Shown piece after piece: positions 58,103-64,000 of a stretch of DNA of 64,000 nt (the first letter of the stretch is position 1; the number at the start of each line of letters is the position of its first letter). This DNA is from a virus (lineage: Duplodnaviria > Heunggongvirae > Uroviricota > Caudoviricetes), in IMG/VR virus record IMGVR_UViG_3300032007_000002. One strand, written 5' to 3'. The notes below the pieces were generated by a model. That model was not told the origin of the DNA. It did not search any database and saw only the letters and a list, made by a program, of their open reading frames with translations. A program made the translations under genes and the position numbers.

Positions 58103-59847
58103 ACGAGACCCGTGACGCATCCTGCCCGGAACCGGAAACGCCGAAGAACGAAAGCAAGCTCGACGACTCCATCCAGAAGTTCGACGAGGTTGTCCGCGAC
58201 TTGCCTCCGATTTACGTAAACCGGAGCAACACGGCAAAGGGTCTTTTGCATGCCATGTTCCGCCCGGACATCCTGAAACGCCGTTTCAAGAACAACGGCA
58301 TCCGCATGCTGCGCGGGTCGTTATTGATGCCGAATACCGCCAAGTACGTGTATGCTGCCGAGAAGCTGGTGAGTATCGTCGTCCCGAACACCCCGGTGGC
58401 GACCTTCATGAAGGGCGTCCGCAACGCGGTCTTCCTGGACCAGTTCGTAGGGGACATCGTCCCGAAGATCGAGTTTGCCGGCGGGATGAATGTCCGCGAC
58501 AAGTTGCACAAGGTATTCGGGACAACCGCATCCGCGCCGATTTCCCTTTCGGACTATCCGCGCATGGACGGCAATATCCACGACGTGTGGCTGGCCTATA
58601 TGTTCATCGTGCGGATGTGCCAGCTGGAACTTGGCGAGAGCATCGAGGTGACTACCGCCCATCAGCTGCGCATGGACGAGGAGTACAGCTATACCAACCA
58701 GAAGAAAATCCATTTCGTCCTGAAATACAAGAACGGGGCACCTGAATGGAATGGCAAGGAGTACAAGGTGTCGAAGGTGCCTGGAGGCTATATCTACGTG
58801 ATCGTGGACGTTCCCGAGCTCCAGCATACGCTTGTCGTGTTCGCGCAGCTCGCCAGCCGTGACATACTGGCTTCCGAAAAGGCCATCTGTTTTGGCGGGG
58901 GCGGGGCGGCAGTCCTTTACTGGAACGAGGAGGCATTCCAGCAGACTACCTCTAACTATGTACCGGATATCTCGTTCAGCATCATCGACCCGCAAGTGCA
59001 CGGGCTGACGCTCTACGAAACATGGATGACCTCAATGAGGCGTACATACAATGACCCTCCAGGTGAGATTTTCGACGCAAACACCCGTGGTATCATCGAC
59101 CGGATGCACACATCCATGCAGCGAGGGTTCTCACGCGCATACGCACTCGTGGGTGTCCCGGGAACGGGAAAGACCTACATCATGGAGAAGTTCGTGAGGG
59201 AGTCCAAGGATGCGTTCGTGATCTCCCTGGACTCGATTGACAGCCCGGCTCTCGTCGCGGACATCGTGTCCAGTATCCAGCAGCGGAATGTAATCATCAT
59301 GATGGACGACGTCGACAAGCTGCTTACCCTTCAGCCCGTCCGTACCGTCGAGACTACCGAAGGCAATACGCCGTCGGAGGCGCCTGCCCAGGAGACCAAG
59401 ACAGGCAAGCTCATCAAGATGTTTGCCGACTTGCGCCGGGTGGCCCCGGGCGGAGTGGACCCGAAGACTGGCGCAGTCCTGAAGAACTATACCGTCGTGG
59501 CGACGATGAACAACCCCAAGCTGTTCAACAACGCGGTTATCAAGCGTTCCGGCCGGTTTGACGAGGTAATCGAGATCGGGCTCCCGCACCCGTCCATCTA
59601 CATGAAACGGCTCATGGGCATCCAGGTCAAGGACGACCGGACCAACTACGCGGCATGGCGCTTCCGTCCGCTTTACAGGTACATGCGCTTCAAGCGTATC
59701 ACGCTTGCCGACGTGTCCAACCTGTATGACATCATGCGGATCCACCGTGCCGAGAACCGTTTCCGGTTCGGCGTGAAGGACATGTTCTACGCCATCCGTT
59801 GTCTGAGCAAGAACCGTTCCAACGCGGACAAGGAGTATGCACTGTGA
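58099..59847 (+). CDS. AAA+ ATPase
   Basis: GVPGTGKT, IMMDDVD, ATMN, KRSGRFD. Confidence 0.85.
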   Translation: MNETRDASCPEPETPKNESKLDDSIQKFDEVVRDLPPIYVNRSNTAKGLLHAMFRPDILKRRFKNNGIRMLRGSLLMPNTAKYVYAAEKLVSIVVPNTPVATFMKGVRNAVFLDQFVGDIVPKIEFAGGMNVRDKLHKVFGTTASAPISLSDYPRMDGNIHDVWLAYMFIVRMCQLELGESIEVTTAHQLRMDEEYSYTNQKKIHFVLKYKNGAPEWNGKEYKVSKVPGGYIYVIVDVPELQHTLVVFAQLASRDILASEKAICFGGGGAAVLYWNEEAFQQTTSNYVPDISFSIIDPQVHGLTLYETWMTSMRRTYNDPPGEIFDANTRGIIDRMHTSMQRGFSRAYALVGVPGTGKTYIMEKFVRESKDAFVISLDSIDSPALVADIVSSIQQRNVIIMMDDVDKLLTLQPVRTVETTEGNTPSEAPAQETKTGKLIKMFADLRRVAPGGVDPKTGAVLKNYTVVATMNNPKLFNNAVIKRSGRFDEVIEIGLPHPSIYMKRLMGIQVKDDRTNYAAWRFRPLYRYMRFKRITLADVSNLYDIMRIHRAENRFRFGVKDMFYAIRCLSKNRSNADKEYAL

Positions 59848-60278
59848 TCGACGAGATAGAACTGCTTTTCGACAGCTGCGAGACGATTACCGTGGGCATG
59901 TCCGCGGTCAAGTCTCTGCGGTTCACCACGTCCGGCGAGCGGTACGAGTGGGACGCGAGGAACAATGAGTTCGACAAGTCCCATTGCATGAGCGAACTGC
60001 ATCTCGAAATCGACCTGGACGAGGGTGCGCAGCTCCGCGGAGGCGACCGTCTTACCATGGAGGCGCGTCGGATGACCGAACGGGAGTATATCGTCGAACG
60101 GCTGTCCAAGACGACCGACATTACGGCCATCTTCATAGCGGGCGAGAAATACAATGTCCCGTGGGGCGAGGGAGGCGCATACACCAACCTGTGGTGCAGG
60201 ACTTTCTTTAACCCGCGGAGCAAGACGGTAGTCTATGACATGGGCAGGCAATATCGAAACAAGATGTGTTTCGGCTAA
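59844..60278 (+). CDS. hypothetical protein
   Basis: AGGAG before GTG 59844. Confidence 0.55.
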   Translation: MIDEIELLFDSCETITVGMSAVKSLRFTTSGERYEWDARNNEFDKSHCMSELHLEIDLDEGAQLRGGDRLTMEARRMTEREYIVERLSKTTDITAIFIAGEKYNVPWGEGGAYTNLWCRTFFNPRSKTVVYDMGRQYRNKMCFG

Positions 60279-60303
60279 TTTTAATCCTAACAAGAGGTAA
60301 CCA

Positions 60304-60624
60304 ATGAACAATGAAGAAATGAAAATCCAGAGCGAGCGCATGCTTGGTCTCATCAACGACTCCAACGCCGCTGACGAAAAGTATCGTCGTCGCCGTGCGG
60401 AAAGGGCTCTCGAACTTCTCAACCCGAAGCCCACGCCGGAGAACCCGAACCCGAAGAAGCCGACCGAGCTCGTCCTCAACGCGATGCTCGACAGCGATGC
60501 GGAACTCTGCGAGCTCCGCGAAATCCGCAACAAGGCGAACGCACAGGCCCAGGTGTCCAAGATGGCATTTGAAAGCTGGAGCAAGGACGTTCCGGCAGAC
60601 GGCCCGGGCCCGCTTTTAGGCTAG
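60304..60624 (+). CDS. hypothetical protein
   Basis: GAGG RBS. Confidence 0.6.
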   Translation: MNNEEMKIQSERMLGLINDSNAADEKYRRRRAERALELLNPKPTPENPNPKKPTELVLNAMLDSDAELCELREIRNKANAQAQVSKMAFESWSKDVPADGPGPLLG

Positions 60625-60633
60625 TATTGCCAT

Positions 60634-60782
60634 AAGGTGCGCAGTACGTTAGTGGAGAGAACACCTGGCTAGGGGCCGGGTGGCGGTTACCGTTGCGATG
60701 CGTGTATCGATCGGCGGGATAGTTCATTCCACAAGGGCGGGGCGAGTATCAGGCGCATGACAAACTCCCGTCCGCGCACTTT
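60634..60782 (+). ncRNA. candidate ~150-nt multibranched ncRNA
   Basis: Closing stem AAGGTGCGC/GCGCACTTT plus several internal stems; intergenic. Confidence 0.45.
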
Positions 60783-60797
60783 TGCTATATTTCAGCC

Positions 60798-61412
60798 ATG
60801 GGTATGATTACGATAAAAGAGGCCGAAATGGCCAGCGAACTTCTCAAATCCGAGAACGTCCGCGAAATCATGGATTTTATGACGGCAAAGTATGCCGCCG
60901 AAAGCGCCACCAACTGCAACCATCTTCTCCAGCGCATCCCTGATATAGCGGCTGCCAACATCAAACGGCAGGAAAGTGAGCTGTTCCTCCGTCAGAAGGC
61001 CGTGGAGACGATCGAATTCATGCTCCCTTCCAAGGCGGAATGGGAGTTCGGCCCTACCGGGGCAGTCATGTTCGTCTACTGCCAGTGCAATTTTAGGAAG
61101 ATGTGGATTGAGTCCAGGCAGCCCGAGCTCCACAAGAACATGCTCACCGCGCTGCAGGCCATGCAGGGGCACCCCGGCATCCGTGCGACGCTTCCGCAGT
61201 TCAAGAAGTATGTCGACGAGTGCAGGGCGAATCCGGGAGGCTGGGAAGACAGCCTGATGTGGGACCAGATTGACAACGAGGACTGCAAGGACATGGTCCG
61301 GTGGTGCATCGCGAACAAGCAGCTCTGGGACGACATGGATGACTACATGCAGAAAATCGAGGCGTTTAAGTTAAACACGCCGAAACGCGGAAGGCCCGCA
61401 AAGGAACAGTAA
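60798..61412 (+). CDS. hypothetical protein
   Basis: Early motif 5 nt upstream; C-terminal KRGRP. Confidence 0.65.
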   Translation: MGMITIKEAEMASELLKSENVREIMDFMTAKYAAESATNCNHLLQRIPDIAAANIKRQESELFLRQKAVETIEFMLPSKAEWEFGPTGAVMFVYCQCNFRKMWIESRQPELHKNMLTALQAMQGHPGIRATLPQFKKYVDECRANPGGWEDSLMWDQIDNEDCKDMVRWCIANKQLWDDMDDYMQKIEAFKLNTPKRGRPAKEQ

Positions 61413-61834
61413 TGGTTATCGCTTTTGATTTCGACGGGACCGTGGCGACCGACGGGTGGCCGGACATCAGCAAGGCCAAGCCCAACCGGGCCGTGATTGA
61501 CTGGCTCAAGAAGCGTGCGCAGATGGGCGACAAGCTCATCCTCTGGACATGCCGGGAGAACTATGGCGGTGTGCGCTTCCCCGACGGGCCGTATCTTGAA
61601 AATGCGCAGGCGTTCTGTGCATACCATCTGCTGTTCCCGGACAACACGAACATGTCCGTCGGCGAGAAGGAAGGCGACTACGGGACCAAGTACGGCCGCA
61701 AGGTGACCGCCAACTTCTACCTGGACGACGCATCCGTGCCGTTCGATCCGAACGGGCGCTTCGCATGGCTGTGGTGGCGCCTTTACCTGAAACTTGTCGA
61801 TTGGAGGCTGTCCAGATGCCAGCGAAACGCGTAG
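61412..61834 (+). CDS. HAD-superfamily phosphatase-like protein
   Basis: IAFDFDGT, LWTCR, RK..A.FYLDD. Confidence 0.8.
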   Translation: MVIAFDFDGTVATDGWPDISKAKPNRAVIDWLKKRAQMGDKLILWTCRENYGGVRFPDGPYLENAQAFCAYHLLFPDNTNMSVGEKEGDYGTKYGRKVTANFYLDDASVPFDPNGRFAWLWWRLYLKLVDWRLSRCQRNA

Positions 61835-63003
61835 TATATCCCCTCTTTACCGGCGGCATCGACATGCGGCAGAAGAACAGGTACATTGCTCTTGCCGCTT
61901 CTTCCATCGCGTCGTATTTCCAGGCCGGCAACGACGTCCCGGTAATTGTCGCGGCGAACGACGACATGTCTGCCGCTGTGATGAAGTTTCTTGCCGACCA
62001 GATGAAGTACGACCTCACCGTGGAAATCCATCCCGCGGAAGAAGTCGCGGAGTTTTCCAGGCAGAACGCGCAGGGCGCAGGTCCCGACAACCGCACGTCG
62101 GTAACCGGGGCCAAGCTGTATGCCATGCAGAAGGTCGCCGAAGGCTATGACCGCCTGGTCGTGGATGCCGATACGCTGTTCTTCTCCCGTATTCCGTGGG
62201 GCAAGTTCGACCATTCGGAGTTCGCCATGTTCGTTCCCGCCGAGTGGGAGAACCCGCTTTCCGTGACGGTGAACCAGATTCTCTACTTCCGGTGGAAACT
62301 GACAAAAATCCCGACGTTCGGGGAATACGTCAAGAAGCTGGTTGACGCGCACCCGCACTGGGGCGGGCGCATTTCGATGATTGACAGCTCACCGTGGCCG
62401 AACAGCGGCATCGTTTACATGACCGACTGGTTCAAGAAGGGACCGTACATGGAGGCCACCCGGACACTGGACCGGGATTTGCTTCCGGTCGAGGACGAGG
62501 GCATCCTGTTCAACTATATGAACACCCGGCTCGACGACAATACGTTCGGGTATGAGACCTCGCTGTTCCGCAATGTCGCAATGAACATTCCGGTGGCGTT
62601 TTCCGACATGGCCAAGCAGTCGGAGCCGTTCCACCCGGTGGATTTCTACGGGAACCCCATCGTCGCGGCACATTTCCACTTGCGCCCGAAGCCGGTGGAC
62701 TTCGAGATTTCGTATCAGGGCGTGGTGCGCCCGCCCGCGGTGCAGTCTGCGTGGTCGCTGGACTTTGCCAGGGACTCTATCGGCACCGGCCAGTATGGGA
62801 CGATGTCCGGCATCATCTGGACCTATGTGTGGCAGTATTTCAACTCCATGACGATTGCCAAGTACCGTAACGGCGACGTGGTGGCCATACACCCGCCCGA
62901 GGTCTGGAAGGGCATCGTGGAGACGTTCGTAAAGTCAAGGAAGGCATGGTTCGAGGCCGCGGGCTGTTCCGACGTGCTCATCAACCATGAGTTTGAACCG
63001 TAG
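61816..63003 (+). CDS. glycosyltransferase-like protein (GT8-like)
   Basis: KLYA, VVDADTLF, PNSGIV, EDEGILF, HFH...KP. Confidence 0.55.
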   Translation: MPAKRVVYPLFTGGIDMRQKNRYIALAASSIASYFQAGNDVPVIVAANDDMSAAVMKFLADQMKYDLTVEIHPAEEVAEFSRQNAQGAGPDNRTSVTGAKLYAMQKVAEGYDRLVVDADTLFFSRIPWGKFDHSEFAMFVPAEWENPLSVTVNQILYFRWKLTKIPTFGEYVKKLVDAHPHWGGRISMIDSSPWPNSGIVYMTDWFKKGPYMEATRTLDRDLLPVEDEGILFNYMNTRLDDNTFGYETSLFRNVAMNIPVAFSDMAKQSEPFHPVDFYGNPIVAAHFHLRPKPVDFEISYQGVVRPPAVQSAWSLDFARDSIGTGQYGTMSGIIWTYVWQYFNSMTIAKYRNGDVVAIHPPEVWKGIVETFVKSRKAWFEAAGCSDVLINHEFEP

Positions 63004-63016
63004 GGAGGACGCGGCA

Positions 63017-63190
63017 ATGTCGATAATATCTGCCGAAAAGGTAAAAGCGTTGCGTGTCCGGTGTGGCGGGGTGGGTTTGCTCCGCTGCAAGCGGGCGCTC
63101 GAAGCGTGCGAGGGCGACATGGATAAGGCGGAGGAACGTCTGCGACGGGAACCGATGGTTCCGGTCATGATCAGGCGTCCGAAACCCTAG
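63017..63190 (+). CDS. stand-alone EF-Ts N-terminal (UBA-like) domain protein
   Basis: ISAEKVKALR...G.GLLRCKRALEACEGDMDKAEERLR; GGAGG RBS. Confidence 0.75.
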   Translation: MSIISAEKVKALRVRCGGVGLLRCKRALEACEGDMDKAEERLRREPMVPVMIRRPKP

Positions 63191-63828
63191 TCAGCCCAGA
63201 ATTTCTCGATTACGCCGAACTTGGCATACCTTCTTAGAGCTCCTACGCAGGAGCTCTTTGTCGCATAGTGGTTCGGGACCTGCATCGCTATCGTGTTGAG
63301 CGTCGCGTCGGGATGCTTGCGGGCATATTCCTTCGCCCTGGCGATGAACCTGGAAAAGACTGTGGACCGCTCGCCGGACTTCGTGCCGGCTTCCAGGTGT
63401 TTCTCCATGCCCTTTATTTCGGGGAGCCAGTAGTCCAGGTCGGCCGGGAGCTCCATCGGGCGTATGAGTATCCTGGCAGCGTAGCGGGTCCGGCCGTCCG
63501 AGAGGTCCAATACCCTGAACACGCCGATGTAGCCTATGCCGAGTGCGCGGAGGACACGCCGGGCATCCTTGTTCGGCCTGCCGGGGCAGGCGACATAGAC
63601 CTTGGACGCGGTGTCCAGCCACCGGATGGCCTGTGCCATCACCTTCATGTTCACTTTCGTTTTCAGCTCGATTGCGATGACTTTCGTGTCGCTGTAATAG
63701 ACCAGGTCGCACGATCCATTCCCGATGCCGATTTCCTCGGCGTATTGCATCTTGCCGAACAGTTCGGAGGACTTTACCGCCTCGCCGACTTCGGTTTCAA
63801 GAATATTCAGCTGTTGTTTCTTTGCCAT
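63187..63828 (-). CDS. PD-(D/E)XK nuclease-like protein
   Basis: E...CDLV...IELK...QA...VYVA. Confidence 0.65.
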   Translation of the reverse strand: MAKKQQLNILETEVGEAVKSSELFGKMQYAEEIGIGNGSCDLVYYSDTKVIAIELKTKVNMKVMAQAIRWLDTASKVYVACPGRPNKDARRVLRALGIGYIGVFRVLDLSDGRTRYAARILIRPMELPADLDYWLPEIKGMEKHLEAGTKSGERSTVFSRFIARAKEYARKHPDATLNTIAMQVPNHYATKSSCVGALRRYAKFGVIEKFWAD

Positions 63829-63834
63829 GGTAAT

Positions 63835-63858
63835 AAATATAGAAAATTTGCTATATTT
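63835..63858. promoter_or_regulatory. back-to-back pair of putative early promoters
   Basis: AAATATAGAAAA-TTTGCTATATTT between divergent ATGs at 63828 and 63864. Confidence 0.65.
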
Positions 63859-63863
63859 CTTGC

Positions 63864-64000
63864 ATGAACAAGAAGAAAATACTCCTCCAATACCCGTTGC
63901 AGTCCGAAGTGGACCACGCCAACCAGTGCTACCAGAAGATCTGGATAAACGCCAACTACCCGCTCCTCGCCTCCTCGGAGTTCCATCTTTATGAAGCGGA
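63864..64000 (+). CDS. 5' end of a hypothetical protein (partial)
   Basis: ATG 5 nt after the early motif; MNKKKILLQYP..., open to the window end. Confidence 0.5.
   Translation, partial: MNKKKILLQYPLQSEVDHANQCYQKIWINANYPLLASSEFHLYEA

Noticed and set aside
60636..60780. tRNA-Pro (CCTGG-CTAGGGG-CCGGG looks like an anticodon arm)
   Set aside because: No TTCGA T-loop and wrong arm spacing; kept only as an unclassified ncRNA candidate
1..64000. Stop-codon reassignment (TAG/TGA recoding, known in some gut jumbo phages)
   Set aside because: Conserved genes are full length in code 11, many end cleanly in TAG or TGA, and neither tRNA is a suppressor
1..64000. CRISPR array, cas genes or a diversity-generating retroelement
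   Set aside because: No regularly spaced direct repeats, no reverse transcriptase motif and no TR/VR pair noticed by eye

Overview
This window looks like part of a large, GC-rich tailed phage genome (jumbo or T4-superfamily-like), not a bacterial chromosome. It carries a T4 gp17-type large terminase, a gp47/Mre11-type nuclease, a sigma-70 factor, NAD-dependent DNA ligase, ThyA, DHFR, thymidylate kinase, an RNA ligase, an amidase endolysin, a block of tail-fibre-like genes, two tRNAs, a tmRNA and a tnpB-only IS200/IS605 element. Two recurring intergenic motifs divide the genes into classes: TTT(G/T)CTATATTT precedes metabolic/replication genes and RNA genes, and TATAAACT precedes virion and lysis genes. 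The most unusual locus is 52.8-55.35 kb. There, a hairpin-rich non-coding region is closed by a perfect 14-bp long-range helix (52867-52880 with 53735-53748) that encloses a whole tRNA-Gln and a whole tmRNA, and its 3' part appears to be split by the tnpB element. This is a candidate large ornate ncRNA carrying RNA cargo. Other notable items are a shared N-terminal leader on unrelated late proteins, terminator/promoter cassettes, a second structured ~150-nt RNA, a stand-alone EF-Ts N-terminal domain, an OFA-type MFS transporter and a tail-associated histidine-phosphatase fusion. All calls come from reading motifs by eye; no database searches or folding programs were run.
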